From Candidatus Aminicenantales bacterium (GTDB taxonomy: Bacteria; Acidobacteriota; Aminicenantia; Aminicenantales; Aminicenantaceae), in the NCBI GenBank assembly GCA_046760305.1, contig JBHIDX010000001.1, positions 13,124 through 77,123 of the forward strand: 64,000 nucleotides of DNA. Reading direction: 5' to 3'. How positions within the stretch are numbered: the first letter of the stretch is position 1; each line of letters opens with the position of its first letter. Below, piece after piece: positions 34,643 to 44,970 of the stretch. The notes below the pieces were generated by a model, which made no database searches, had not been told where the DNA came from, and was given only the letters and a program-made list of their open reading frames with translations. The position numbers and the translations under genes are program-made.

Positions 34643-37255
34643 ATGAGCAGACATTTTATTCTGCTTTTTGTGATTCTGATCATATTGCTCCTCTTGCTTT
34701 CCGCAGTCTCTACTCCTGCCGAAAGCCTTAAGGATTTTATGGCCCGGCTCCAGGAGTCTTTCAACACCAGGAACATGGAATCTTACCTCCAGGCATTCGC
34801 ACCCGAAATCCGCTCCAGGGAGAGAGAGAATGCTGAGTCAATGTATGATGATTTTAAGATGGAAAGGATAAGCTTCCATGCGGTGAGAAAAGAAGAGGAA
34901 AAAAGGGGAAAGGTAAGGGCAAATTATCAGGTTGTTTACGACAATGATTACTCCGCCTTCATTGAGTTGTGGAGAATATCGTTTTTGCGCCAGGAGGAGA
35001 CGTGGAAGATTGTGGAAAAAGAGACCTTAGGGAATATGAGCATTCTCTACAAAATAGAGATTCCATCAGAGAGGATTGAGAGGGTAAAGTCTGTCAGGGT
35101 TGAATACGTTGATATTAGCCTTTATTTTGAAGATGCAATTATTTTTTACGACAACATTCCTGGTCTGGAAACCGCCCTCCTCATCACGGGCAAGGGTAGC
35201 CTTTCTTTTTTCCCTTCCCAGCCTGAAGAGCAGCACCAGCTCCAGCTTATCTACAAGACGGATGTCCTTGAAGACACACTCGATTACGTCTACCTCAGAT
35301 TCTCCGAGGAATTTTTCGAGAATAACGTGAAAATTGAGAGGGAAGCTCCTGCGAGAAAGAAGCCTGTCACCCAGGCCGAGATAAACAGAGCTTACTCCCT
35401 TTTTCAGCGCCACTATCCTCGTTCATTTACGATTGAAAGCTCGCTGGATGGCGGTCTTCTTTCCTTCCTCCCTCAGGGAGGACAGGTAGTGTTCGATTTT
35501 GAGGGAAGGAAAACAGGTCTGATGACTTACATCTATTCTCCTTTTTCCAGAGACGAGGTGACTCTCTTTGATGCTGGGAAAGAGAGATTGATAAATCTAT
35601 ATTCCCCTTCTTTTCCCGAGGAGGGCAAGAAACTTTTTGTTTCTTTTGCTCAGAAGTACGACATTGAAAAATACTCCATCGATATAGACTTCAATCCGCG
35701 TCAATCTTTCCTTTCAGGGAGGGCAAGAATAAGGGTAAAATCTGAAGTCTCTTCCCTGAGCAGCCTCAAGTTTAAGTTCAATTCCAAGCTGAAAATCCTG
35801 CGTATTTTTGATGAACAAAGAAACGAGCTTTTTTACACCCAGGACAGGATGAGGAACATCATCTATATCTATCTTGTTCAGCCTATTAACCAGTCTGAGT
35901 CAGCGATGATAGAAGTTTACTACCGGGGAAAGCTGGAGCTGCCTCAACAGGTAGCAGATGTGATCCCAGCTCCCCAGGTTGGACTTGACCAGGAGATAAT
36001 TGTTCCCCCTCGCTTCTTCAGCCATCTGTTCACTCAATCGGCCTACTGGTACCCCTCGCCGCCCGATGTTGATTATTTTCAGGCTCGGGTGAGAATAATC
36101 GTACCCCCCTCTTACCTCTGCATTGCAAACGGGGAGCTGAGAAAATCAGGGATGCTGGAGGATTTGAGAGGAATTGAAGAGGTGGAAAAGCTGGGTTACT
36201 TTTTTTATGTTTTTGAGACAGTCCATCCGGTCAAGTATCTTTCTTTCATCGTCGGAAAATTCACCAAGGTTGAGGAAGACAAAGGATACATCCCGGTGGA
36301 AGTCTATGTGTCCTCAAACATGCGGTATTATGAGAGGGATGTCCTGGAGGATGCGCTTGAGATACTTGAATTCTATGAGAGCCATTTCGGCAATTTTCCC
36401 TATGAGAAGTTAAGCATTGTCCAGAGACTCTGGCCGCTCAGCGGCGGCCACAGCCCGGCATCTTTCATCGTTATCAACAGGCCTCCACAGCAGGGAATGA
36501 ACAGGATTTACCGAAATCCGGCCAGTCCTGTTGACCTTTCACGCTGGAGAGAATATTTCCTTGCTCATGAAATTGCCCATCAATGGTGGGGTCAGGGCGT
36601 TACCTGGGCAAGCTATCGTGATCAGTGGCTGAGTGAAGGACTGGCCCAGTATTCTGCTGTCCTTTATCTGAGTGAGAAAAGAGGCGAGCGAACACTCAAT
36701 CAGATTTTAAGAAAATTCTCGAACTGGACAGAGAAAAAAACTCAGTGGGGACCAGTGAGCATGGGGTCTCGCCTGAGCTATTTCGACTTCGATGCTTTTC
36801 AGACCATCATCTATAACAAGACTTCACTCGTTCTTAACATGTTGAGAGAAATCCTGGGTGATGAATTGTTTTTTAAGGGAACCAGCAATTTTTTTGCAGC
36901 CCACAAATACAGCAAAGCAACTACAGCCGATTTTATCCGCAGCATGGAGAAGGTTTCAGGGAGAAGTCTGAAGCCTTTTTTCGAGAGCTGGTTTGAGACT
37001 CATCTCCTCCCCGAGGTGAGTGTCGAGCATTCGGTAGAGAAGAAGGGGGATTCATTCGAGCTCATTTTGCGCATAAATCAGCTCAGAGGAAATTTTGTAT
37101 TTCCCCTCTGGATTGAGTGGAGGGAGAACGGTAAAAAGGTAAGGAAAAAAATTGTTGTTTCCCAGAAAAAAGGCATCTTTTCTTTCACAGCAACAGTGAA
37201 ACCGTCCAGAATCAGGGTTAATCCTGAGCATACAGTACCGGGTGGGTTTTTCTGA
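34643..37255 (+). CDS. secreted M1-family zinc metallopeptidase with a long N-terminal extension
   Basis: Signal peptide, HEIAHQWWG and WLSEGLAQY (HExxH-18-E gluzincin signature). The usual GxMEN exopeptidase box position reads SGGHSP. 870 aa. Confidence 0.88.
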   Translation: MSRHFILLFVILIILLLLLSAVSTPAESLKDFMARLQESFNTRNMESYLQAFAPEIRSRERENAESMYDDFKMERISFHAVRKEEEKRGKVRANYQVVYDNDYSAFIELWRISFLRQEETWKIVEKETLGNMSILYKIEIPSERIERVKSVRVEYVDISLYFEDAIIFYDNIPGLETALLITGKGSLSFFPSQPEEQHQLQLIYKTDVLEDTLDYVYLRFSEEFFENNVKIEREAPARKKPVTQAEINRAYSLFQRHYPRSFTIESSLDGGLLSFLPQGGQVVFDFEGRKTGLMTYIYSPFSRDEVTLFDAGKERLINLYSPSFPEEGKKLFVSFAQKYDIEKYSIDIDFNPRQSFLSGRARIRVKSEVSSLSSLKFKFNSKLKILRIFDEQRNELFYTQDRMRNIIYIYLVQPINQSESAMIEVYYRGKLELPQQVADVIPAPQVGLDQEIIVPPRFFSHLFTQSAYWYPSPPDVDYFQARVRIIVPPSYLCIANGELRKSGMLEDLRGIEEVEKLGYFFYVFETVHPVKYLSFIVGKFTKVEEDKGYIPVEVYVSSNMRYYERDVLEDALEILEFYESHFGNFPYEKLSIVQRLWPLSGGHSPASFIVINRPPQQGMNRIYRNPASPVDLSRWREYFLAHEIAHQWWGQGVTWASYRDQWLSEGLAQYSAVLYLSEKRGERTLNQILRKFSNWTEKKTQWGPVSMGSRLSYFDFDAFQTIIYNKTSLVLNMLREILGDELFFKGTSNFFAAHKYSKATTADFIRSMEKVSGRSLKPFFESWFETHLLPEVSVEHSVEKKGDSFELILRINQLRGNFVFPLWIEWRENGKKVRKKIVVSQKKGIFSFTATVKPSRIRVNPEHTVPGGFF

Positions 37256-37269
37256 AGACAGAAGCTCTT

Positions 37270-38658
37270 TCAGGCGAAGTTTCTGGAATCTATTTTCAGC
37301 CGTTTTATCATTTCGTTCAGGGTTGTGGGCTTTAGACCCAGTATCCTGGCCGCTTCTTTCTGAACTCCCTTTGTCTTTTTCAAGGCTGTCTCGATAGCTT
37401 TTTTCTGGTAAGTTTGAATCTGGTCTTTAAGATTGAGGTCATCGTGGAAAGAGGTTAAACTCTGGGATTCTTTTTTCTGCTGTGGGAGGAGAAAGGGAGG
37501 AAGATTTTCCCTTGTGATAACCTTAGATTTGGTGAGGACAACCGCACGCTCCATCAGATTTTCAAGCTCTCTGATGTTTCCCGGCCAGTTGTAGTTTTCC
37601 AGAATTTCCATCACATCCTCTGAGACGCCCTCGATTTCTTTTTTGTTCTCCCTGGCGTAGATGTCGACGAAATGCTTGACCAGAAGAGGAATATCTTCTT
37701 TCCTCTCCCTGAGGGGCGGGAGTTCAATCTTGATCACGTTTAACCTGTAAAACAGGTCTTCCCTGAAGAGCTTGTGTTCAATGAGCTTCTCGAGGTTGGT
37801 GTTGGTGGCGGCAATGATTCTGGTGTCAACTATTATTGTTTTCGTACCACCCAGCCTCATGAACTCTTTCCCCTGCATGACCCTCAGCAGTTTTGCCTGG
37901 GTTTCAAGGTTGAGAGTGGAAATTTCATCGAAGAAGATACTCCCTTTGTCAGCTGCTTCGAAAAGCCCTTTTTTACTGCTCGTTGCCCCGGTGAAAGCGC
38001 CCTTTACGTGGCCGAAAAGATGACTTTCGAGTAGGTCTGGGGGGAGTGAGCCGCTGTTGACAATGACGAATGGCTGGTGTGCACGGTCGCTGTATTGATG
38101 GATGGCACGAGCTACAAGCTCCTTGCCGGTTCCGCTTTCTCCCTGAAGAAGGATTGTGCTTTTCGTTGGGGCGGCGGCTTTTATGAGGTCAAAAACTTTT
38201 TGCATGACTTTGCTTTTTCCGATGATGTTTTCAAAGCTGTATTTGCGCTTGACTTCGTCTTTAAGGCGTATGTTTTCTTCCCGGAGATGCTTGAATTCTA
38301 GCACTCTGCGGATGGTCATCAAAAGCTCATCATGCTTGAAGGGCTTCTGGATGTAATCGTATGCTCCTTCTTTCATGGCCTTGATAGCTGACTCCACCGA
38401 AGCATAGGCAGTGATGATGATGACTAGGGCGTGGGGATCGATTTTTTTTAGCTTCTTAAGGACTTCGAGGCCGTCCATACCAGGCATGAGCAGATCAAGG
38501 AGAGTGAGGTCAAAAGCTTTATCAGAATATTTTTCCAGAGCTTCCTCACCCGTTGATGAAAGCTCTACCTGGTAGCCCTCAGAAGCTAGAAGCTGGCCGA
38601 GAACTTCATGGATTATTGGTTCGTCGTCGATGACGTGAATAATTCCTTTGTCTTTCAT
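37270..38658 (-). CDS. sigma54-dependent response regulator (NtrC/PilR type)
   Basis: Receiver domain (LTLLDLLMPGMDG), AAA+ domain with GESGTGKE and GAFTGA (VKGAFTGAT), C-terminal Fis-type HTH. Confidence 0.93.
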   Translation of the reverse strand: MKDKGIIHVIDDEPIIHEVLGQLLASEGYQVELSSTGEEALEKYSDKAFDLTLLDLLMPGMDGLEVLKKLKKIDPHALVIIITAYASVESAIKAMKEGAYDYIQKPFKHDELLMTIRRVLEFKHLREENIRLKDEVKRKYSFENIIGKSKVMQKVFDLIKAAAPTKSTILLQGESGTGKELVARAIHQYSDRAHQPFVIVNSGSLPPDLLESHLFGHVKGAFTGATSSKKGLFEAADKGSIFFDEISTLNLETQAKLLRVMQGKEFMRLGGTKTIIVDTRIIAATNTNLEKLIEHKLFREDLFYRLNVIKIELPPLRERKEDIPLLVKHFVDIYARENKKEIEGVSEDVMEILENYNWPGNIRELENLMERAVVLTKSKVITRENLPPFLLPQQKKESQSLTSFHDDLNLKDQIQTYQKKAIETALKKTKGVQKEAARILGLKPTTLNEMIKRLKIDSRNFA

Positions 38659-38662
38659 TTTT

Positions 38663-41503
38663 TCACTCTGGTGATGGAGGAGATTTTAATGATTTTCTCT
38701 TATCCAGATCAAGAGGAATGGATATGGAAAAAAGAGAGCCTTTGCCTTCTTCGCTCTCAACGTTTATTTTCCCCTCGTGTTCTCTGATGATAGCATAACT
38801 TATGGACAGACCGAGCCCAGTGCCCTTGCCAATACCCTTGGTGGTAAAGAAAGGGTCAAAAATATGAGGGAGGTGTTGCTTTTTTATACCCGTGCCATTG
38901 TCCATGATGTTGACCACAGCTTCACTGTTTTTCTGAAAGAGCTCTATCTTCAGCTTTCCCCCTCCTGGCATGGCATCTATGGCATTGAGAATAATGTTAA
39001 TAAAAACCTGCTGAAGCCTTTCTCCCTGAGCCCAGATAGGCTTGAGGGGGGAGAGGTTGAGCTCGAGCTTGATGTTCATTGTTCTTAGCTTGTACTCGAT
39101 AAGGGAGATGATTTCCCGAAGGTTTTCTCTAAGGTCAATGCGGTTGAATGAAAAGTCGGAAGGATTTCGGGCAAAGTTAAGCAGGTTCTTTATAATTCTT
39201 CCTACCCTGTCAGTTTGGGCTTCAATTTTTTCCAGTATCTGGGTGTGAGGAGAGCCTGAAAGTTTTTTCTGGAGGAGCTGGACGTAGCTTGAGATTCCTG
39301 TCAGAGGGGTGTTTATTTCGTGGGCGACTCCGGCTGAGAGAAGTCCAATGGAAGCGAGTTTCTCAGAAGTTAAAAGCTGCTGCTGGAGAGAGATTCTTTC
39401 GGTAATATCTTCGAAGACGATGATTGTTCCGTAGGGCTGCATCTGATTGTCAAGAAGGGGAGTTTTGGCGATGTCAAAAATGGCCTCTTCACTGGAAGGT
39501 AATTCAACTGTTATCTCACTCAAGAGCCGGTAGTCCTGCTGGGTGTCAGAGGGAAAGATGGCTGAGAAATTCTTTCTGCCGATAACATCGATAAGGCTCC
39601 TGTTCATCACTTCTTCCTTTTTCTTGAGGAATTTTTCCTCGAGAATCCGATTCCAGCCGATTATTCTGCCCTTCTGGTCAAGCACAGCCACACCCACAGT
39701 AAGGCTTTCAATGATGTTTTCACTGTAGTCTTTGAGCCTCTCCAGCTCCAGGGCCCTTATGTTAATTTGATTGTAGAGATAGGCATTCTCCAGAGCTAAA
39801 GCTACCGGCGATGATATGGTTGTCAGTAAATCCCAGTCTTCACTGCTGAGAAAGGTGTTGTCTTCTTTTTTTCCCATCCCCAGACAGCCTACTATTTTTT
39901 CTTCGACCTTAAAAGGCATAAAGTGAAAAAGCCCGAAGGAGCACAGTTCTCTGAATTTTCTTTCCAGCTCCTTCTGGTCAGGGAAAGAATAGACAGTGAG
40001 GTAATCTCTCTCCAGCAGACTCTGGTAGAGCTCCCTGTCAAAGATGAGTCTGTTTTCAGAAAAAACAAGGTCTCCTTTAGAACAGAGTATGAAGAATACA
40101 GGTGAGTTTTCTTCCTGAGGAAGAAGAAGAGCGATGTTTTTCAATGATAGGGCGTTGGCGATTAAATCAAGGAGAGAGTGAGATAGTTTATGAAGGTTTC
40201 TCTCCCGACTCAACTCCTTGCTTATGAAAAGCAGCGTTTTGCGGTATTTGTAGCTTCGCTTGTAGAACAGTCTGTCAACCAAGCTCTGAAAAAGGTTTTT
40301 CAAGGGGGAGAAAAGAGTGGCGCCGAGGATTATGGCCAAGATACCGAGGATGATAGCGTTGATCCTGTATTCGTAGAAGAATCTGGTCTGAGAGCTGACA
40401 AAAATGTACACCCCTCCGATAACCACATAAGCGAAGAGGAGGGTGATGGCTTTCTTGAGGATGACGCCGAAGTCCATAAGCCTGGCGCTAGATATCGAAT
40501 AGGCCAGAGTGAGAGGCATCAGTGCCTGGAGGAGAACAGAAAGTTCTGCTGCTCTTGAAGGAAGCTGTCCGAGTAGATAAGGCACAAGATAGACGAGAGT
40601 AAAAGGGATAAAGCTGAAGGCAAGGCCGTTAATCAGCCACTTCAACTGTTTCTTTATGAGGATGTTTGAGGGCTTGAGTACTCTGTGGATAAGAGATCCA
40701 AGGCAGGCAAGAGAAAAGAAGATAAAATGGAGAAGGTCGAGTCTTTCCAGGGTTGAATAGAAGCTGATGATAGTTCCTTCACCGAGACGATTCCAGAATG
40801 GGAGGTGGAGTGCAATTTTAAGAATAAAGAGAAAAAGAGCCGGAAGGTAGAAGAGGTAAGCTCTGATCTGAGACGAGCCAGATGGTTTTCTCTGCGGGTA
40901 CTTTAAAAAGAAGTGAAGAAGAAGAGGAGGGAAGAAGAGGAAGGCAGTATTATCAATCCAGTAGAAAACACTGTCGAGGAAATCCAGTTTGCCTGTGGCG
41001 GAGAAGATTTGAAAACAGAAAAAGGAGAAACAGAGAGCATAAAAATGGACGTGTGACTTTTCGAGCGGTTTGTTAGAGTTGATGAAGATGAAAAGGGCAA
41101 CTACGAGCGAGGTCAGGCCGACGAGAACAAGAAAAAGATAGATGTAATTGACCCTTTTCTGGGAGAGGCGAATGTTGGGCTTGATGGGTTGTTCTCCACG
41201 GTAACGGACGATTTCATAACTGACGGTTTGATTCGTTCCTATCAGCCAGAGCTGCTTCTTGAGATCGACTAGGTTTTCGACCTTTTCGCCGTTTATGGAA
41301 TAGAGAATATCTCCTTTTTTCAGCCCTCCTATGAATCCAGGGCCACTGGTTTCTATCTTAACAGCCACAAGACCGACAGGCTTTTTCTTCCATATAACAC
41401 CGTCCGTAGGTTCTTTCCAGGTTATTTTTTTATAGATATTAAGCCCGCAGAGTGTGAGGAGTACAAGGAGCGGGACTAGGGCCGGGTATGACTTAGTATT
41501 CAT
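38663..41503 (-). CDS. multi-pass sensor histidine kinase with an N-terminal extracytoplasmic PDZ domain
   Basis: TM1 is followed by a PDZ-like segment (GPGFIGGLKKGDILYSINGEKVENLVDL), then many TM helices. GAF-like and PAS-like regions follow (IIESLTVGVAVLDQKGRIIGWN). H-box GVAHEINTPL, and ATPase boxes DNGTGI and GTGLGLSIS. Confidence 0.88.
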   Translation of the reverse strand: MNTKSYPALVPLLVLLTLCGLNIYKKITWKEPTDGVIWKKKPVGLVAVKIETSGPGFIGGLKKGDILYSINGEKVENLVDLKKQLWLIGTNQTVSYEIVRYRGEQPIKPNIRLSQKRVNYIYLFLVLVGLTSLVVALFIFINSNKPLEKSHVHFYALCFSFFCFQIFSATGKLDFLDSVFYWIDNTAFLFFPPLLLHFFLKYPQRKPSGSSQIRAYLFYLPALFLFILKIALHLPFWNRLGEGTIISFYSTLERLDLLHFIFFSLACLGSLIHRVLKPSNILIKKQLKWLINGLAFSFIPFTLVYLVPYLLGQLPSRAAELSVLLQALMPLTLAYSISSARLMDFGVILKKAITLLFAYVVIGGVYIFVSSQTRFFYEYRINAIILGILAIILGATLFSPLKNLFQSLVDRLFYKRSYKYRKTLLFISKELSRERNLHKLSHSLLDLIANALSLKNIALLLPQEENSPVFFILCSKGDLVFSENRLIFDRELYQSLLERDYLTVYSFPDQKELERKFRELCSFGLFHFMPFKVEEKIVGCLGMGKKEDNTFLSSEDWDLLTTISSPVALALENAYLYNQINIRALELERLKDYSENIIESLTVGVAVLDQKGRIIGWNRILEEKFLKKKEEVMNRSLIDVIGRKNFSAIFPSDTQQDYRLLSEITVELPSSEEAIFDIAKTPLLDNQMQPYGTIIVFEDITERISLQQQLLTSEKLASIGLLSAGVAHEINTPLTGISSYVQLLQKKLSGSPHTQILEKIEAQTDRVGRIIKNLLNFARNPSDFSFNRIDLRENLREIISLIEYKLRTMNIKLELNLSPLKPIWAQGERLQQVFINIILNAIDAMPGGGKLKIELFQKNSEAVVNIMDNGTGIKKQHLPHIFDPFFTTKGIGKGTGLGLSISYAIIREHEGKINVESEEGKGSLFSISIPLDLDKRKSLKSPPSPE

Positions 41504-41583
41504 ATCTGCTGAATCCTAGCTGGCTTCAATCCTAAATCCAAAAATTTGAATCATCCGTTTAAAAAATATATGAAGAAGTCCTT

Positions 41584-41868
41584 TTACCTTAGAATATGGC
41601 GCTCTTCTGCTCTGATGGCCCATTTTATATGCGGCTGATTGATTAGTCTCTGAACATCCGGGTCTATTTTTAATCCCAGAGACTTTGCATTCCTGGAGAA
41701 AAGAGTGCTCATGTAATCGTAACGCTGTTTTTTTACTGGAGTTTCCTGGTAGGCTGAGTCTGGATTATCCGCCAAAGCTCTACTCATACCGGAATTTGCA
41801 TCAGAGGGGGGCATTAGAATAATCGCCAAACCGAGGACTAAGATTATTAAAACAATCCTTTTCTTCAT
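41584..41868 (-). CDS. small secreted hypothetical protein, first gene of the kinase/regulator operon
   Basis: Signal peptide MKKRIVLIILVLGLAIILMPPSDA. No recognisable domain. An alternative start at 41895 is possible. Confidence 0.45.
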   Translation of the reverse strand: MKKRIVLIILVLGLAIILMPPSDANSGMSRALADNPDSAYQETPVKKQRYDYMSTLFSRNAKSLGLKIDPDVQRLINQPHIKWAIRAEERHILR

Positions 41869-42071
41869 CAGGTAGTTAAAACATAAAGCTTTCATAATTT
41901 TTTGTCAATAGATGGAAGGAAGCATTCCCATATATATTTTTTCTATCCAGGTGAGCATTCGTGGTCGTCCAGGAAGAGGGGAAATCACCCTCTATATCAT
42001 CGACATGGGTTATTGACGCTCAGGCTCTCCTCTGGAAGAATTACACCTGTTAAGTGACAAAATTTGTTAAT

Positions 42072-42100
42072 TTGACAAAAAATAGCGGATTACTTATTAT
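42072..42100 (+). promoter_or_regulatory. candidate sigma70-type promoter for the pilus/secretion assembly operon
   Basis: Consensus TTGACA (42072-42077), exactly 17 nt spacer, TATTAT (42095-42100), 49 nt upstream of the first ATG (42149). GGGGAGAG Shine-Dalgarno site. Confidence 0.5.
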
Positions 42101-42148
42101 GAATCAAGTAGCTATAGACGGCGAAGGCTATAATTCCAGGGGAGAGTA

Positions 42149-43357
42149 ATGCCTTACTACTACTGTCGACTTGCTGCAGAGGATGGACGGGTTTTCTCCG
42201 AATCTTTTCTTGCCTCTTCTGCCCGGGAAGCCAAGAGACACTTCGAGCAAGAGGGACTTTGTGTTCTCGCAGTTAAGGTTGATTGGAAAAAAATTCATAT
42301 TCCAAATCTGCCTTTCCAGAAAAAGATTAAAGACAGAGATTTTATCATGTTCAACCAGGAGCTGGTGGCTCTTATCAAGGCAGGTTACCCAGTGCTGAAA
42401 AGCATAGAAATCATCCTCAGCCGTCTTAAGAACCTCCAGCTTAAGGAGCTTTTAATTAAGGTCGAAAGCGACATCCGGGGAGGCAAATCTTTATCTGAAG
42501 CTTTCCAGCCTTATGAGAAATATTTTTCCAAAGTTTACACTGCTTCTCTTATGGCCGGGGAGAGGAGCGGAAACCTGGCCGGAACAATTCAGCGTTATAT
42601 CGATTACCTCCAGGTCAACGCTCAAACCAAAAAGAGGATAAAAACAGCCCTTACCTATCCCTCCCTTCTTCTTGTCTTCTCTTTCAGCCTCTTGGCCGTT
42701 CTCATAAATTTTGTCCTTCCTCGATTCTCCCGCTTTTATGCCAGTTTTGAGGCAGAACTTCCTGCCATCACCAGGGCATTGATAGGATTTTCCTGGGCTG
42801 TGAGGAATAATGTGCTTGTCATTCTCGGTTTAATCTTTCTTCTTGTCTTCGTCTATTTTCAGATGAGAAGGAGGGAAAAATCTTTTATCTTCCTGGAGAG
42901 GATGAAGCTAAAAATTCCCTATGCCCGGGGAATATGGGTGGAATCTGCCATTGCTCTTTTCTCCAGAACGCTGAAACTTCTTCTGGAGGCAGGGATTTCC
43001 CTTCTCCAGGCTCTTCCTGTCGCCATTCAGGCGGTGCCTAATAAATTCCTGGCCAGGAGAATGGATAACGTACCCCTGTCTATTAAAAACGGGGAGAGTC
43101 TCTCCGATTCGCTGGCAAAATCAGGTTTCTTTACCCCCCTTTCTCTGGATATGGTCCGCATCGGAGAAACGTCTGCAAACTTGGAGGGGATGCTCGAGGA
43201 TGTGGCCAATGTTTATGAAGAGAGGATAAGGACGAAAATAGAAACTATTGTTTCTCTCGTCGAGCCGGTGATCATTATTTTTATGGGCTTGCTCATCGCT
43301 GCCATGCTCCTTTCTGTCTACCTGCCCATTTTTAACATCATCAGGGTGGTAAGATAA
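42149..43357 (+). CDS. type II secretion system F family platform protein (PilC/GspF)
   Basis: Two T2SSF repeats (FNQELVALIKAGYPVLKSIEI... and FSRTLKLLLEAGISLLQALP...), three TM segments. 402 aa. Confidence 0.92.
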   Translation: MPYYYCRLAAEDGRVFSESFLASSAREAKRHFEQEGLCVLAVKVDWKKIHIPNLPFQKKIKDRDFIMFNQELVALIKAGYPVLKSIEIILSRLKNLQLKELLIKVESDIRGGKSLSEAFQPYEKYFSKVYTASLMAGERSGNLAGTIQRYIDYLQVNAQTKKRIKTALTYPSLLLVFSFSLLAVLINFVLPRFSRFYASFEAELPAITRALIGFSWAVRNNVLVILGLIFLLVFVYFQMRRREKSFIFLERMKLKIPYARGIWVESAIALFSRTLKLLLEAGISLLQALPVAIQAVPNKFLARRMDNVPLSIKNGESLSDSLAKSGFFTPLSLDMVRIGETSANLEGMLEDVANVYEERIRTKIETIVSLVEPVIIIFMGLLIAAMLLSVYLPIFNIIRVVR

Positions 43358-44967
43358 TGGAAAAAAGAGATATAAAAAAAGATTTTCTCGAGGAAGAGGA
43401 AAAAACCAAACAACTGGCCGAAAGGTATCATATTCCCTACATCGACCTTTCCCGCCACTCTTTGAAGAGAGAGCTTGTTCAATCCGTTCCTGTTGATTTT
43501 CTCTACCGCTTCAATTTTATTCCACTTGAAGATAACGGCGAGACGGTGAATATTGCCATTGCTGACCCTTCTGACCTAGCAACCATCGATTCCATAGAAT
43601 CCTTTCTGGGGAAAAAAGTTCGTGTTTTTGCTGCCTCAAAGAGAGCCATTCACGAGGCTCTGCGGAAGAGTGAAACTGCCCTCCAGGTGCTGAGGGATGC
43701 CACAGAAGGGTTTATCACCCAGGTGGTGGAGAAGGAGAGCGGTGGAGAGGAAGAGGTTATCTCAGTAGAAAAACTGGCTGACCAGGACGGTTCCATCATT
43801 AAGCTCGTTAACTCGATAATATTCACTGCTGTCCAGAAAAGGGCAAGTGATGTCCACATCGAGTCAAGGGAGGATGGAGTTACCATAAAATACAGGATTG
43901 ACGGGGTGCTGAGCGAAGCCATGGAGCCGATCAGCAAAAAATTCCAGGCGCCGATAATCTCCAGAGTAAAAGTGATGTCAGACCTCGATATAGCTGAGAG
44001 GAGGGTTCCCCAGGACGGGAGGTTCAGGCTTAAGATAAAAGACAAAACTATAGACTTTCGCGTCTCTATAATGCCCAGCATTTATGGAGAAGATGCTGTC
44101 ATCCGTATTCTCGACAAAGAGATGATTACAGAAGCAATTCAGGACCTGAGGCTGGATTTGCTCGGCTTTTCCGAGCTTGTTTTAAAGAAATTCAGCAAGT
44201 ATATTACCCAACCCTACGGAATGGTTCTCGTCACCGGGCCTACCGGAAGCGGGAAAACAACCACACTTTACGCTGCTCTGACCGAGATAAAATCGCCAGA
44301 GGACAAGATTATCACCATCGAAGACCCGGTGGAGTATCAGATAGATGGCATTATCCAGATTCCGGTCAATGAGAAAAAGGGGCTGACTTTTGCCCGTGGA
44401 TTGCGCTCTATCCTGCGGCATGACCCAGATAAAATCATGGTCGGAGAAATCAGGGACCCTGAAACCGCCCAGATTGCTATCCAGTCAGCTCTGACCGGTC
44501 ATCTTGTCTTCACCACTGTCCATGCCAACAATGTTTTCGATGTTATCGGACGTTTCCTCCATATGCAGGTTGACCCTTACAGTTTCATTTCCGCGCTCAA
44601 CTGTATTCTGGCCCAGAGGCTGGTCAGAGTGCTCTGTCTTGAGTGCAAAACTCCTGTGAAGTACACCAGCGAACAGCTCATCGAATCAGGGCTTGACCCC
44701 CAGAGATACAGGCAGAAAGAGTTTTACGAGGCCCAGGGGTGCATTGAATGCGGCCACACCGGTTATAAAGGAAGAACTGCTATCGCTGAATTACTCGAAC
44801 TATCGGATGAAATCAGGGAGATGATACTCGATAAAAAGCCGCTCTCAGAGGTGAAAAAGAGAGCCAAAAAAGAGGGAATGGTGTTTTTAAGAGAAGTTGG
44901 GATGGAAAAAGTGCTCAAGGGAATCACAAGTCTCAAGGAGCTGAACAAAGTTACCTTTGTGGAATAA
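43357..44967 (+). CDS. GspE/PilB-family assembly ATPase
   Basis: N-terminal MshEN/GspE_N-like domain, Walker A GPTGSGKTTT, GEIRD (Asp box), tetracysteine CLEC...CIEC motif. 536 aa. Confidence 0.95.
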   Translation: MEKRDIKKDFLEEEEKTKQLAERYHIPYIDLSRHSLKRELVQSVPVDFLYRFNFIPLEDNGETVNIAIADPSDLATIDSIESFLGKKVRVFAASKRAIHEALRKSETALQVLRDATEGFITQVVEKESGGEEEVISVEKLADQDGSIIKLVNSIIFTAVQKRASDVHIESREDGVTIKYRIDGVLSEAMEPISKKFQAPIISRVKVMSDLDIAERRVPQDGRFRLKIKDKTIDFRVSIMPSIYGEDAVIRILDKEMITEAIQDLRLDLLGFSELVLKKFSKYITQPYGMVLVTGPTGSGKTTTLYAALTEIKSPEDKIITIEDPVEYQIDGIIQIPVNEKKGLTFARGLRSILRHDPDKIMVGEIRDPETAQIAIQSALTGHLVFTTVHANNVFDVIGRFLHMQVDPYSFISALNCILAQRLVRVLCLECKTPVKYTSEQLIESGLDPQRYRQKEFYEAQGCIECGHTGYKGRTAIAELLELSDEIREMILDKKPLSEVKKRAKKEGMVFLREVGMEKVLKGITSLKELNKVTFVE

Positions 44968-44970
44968 AAA

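Noticed and set aside
34445-34654. 69-aa minus-strand ORF in the speH / M1 peptidase intergenic region
   Set aside because: It overlaps the candidate promoters of both flanking genes and the start of the peptidase. It has no ribosome-binding site and no motif.
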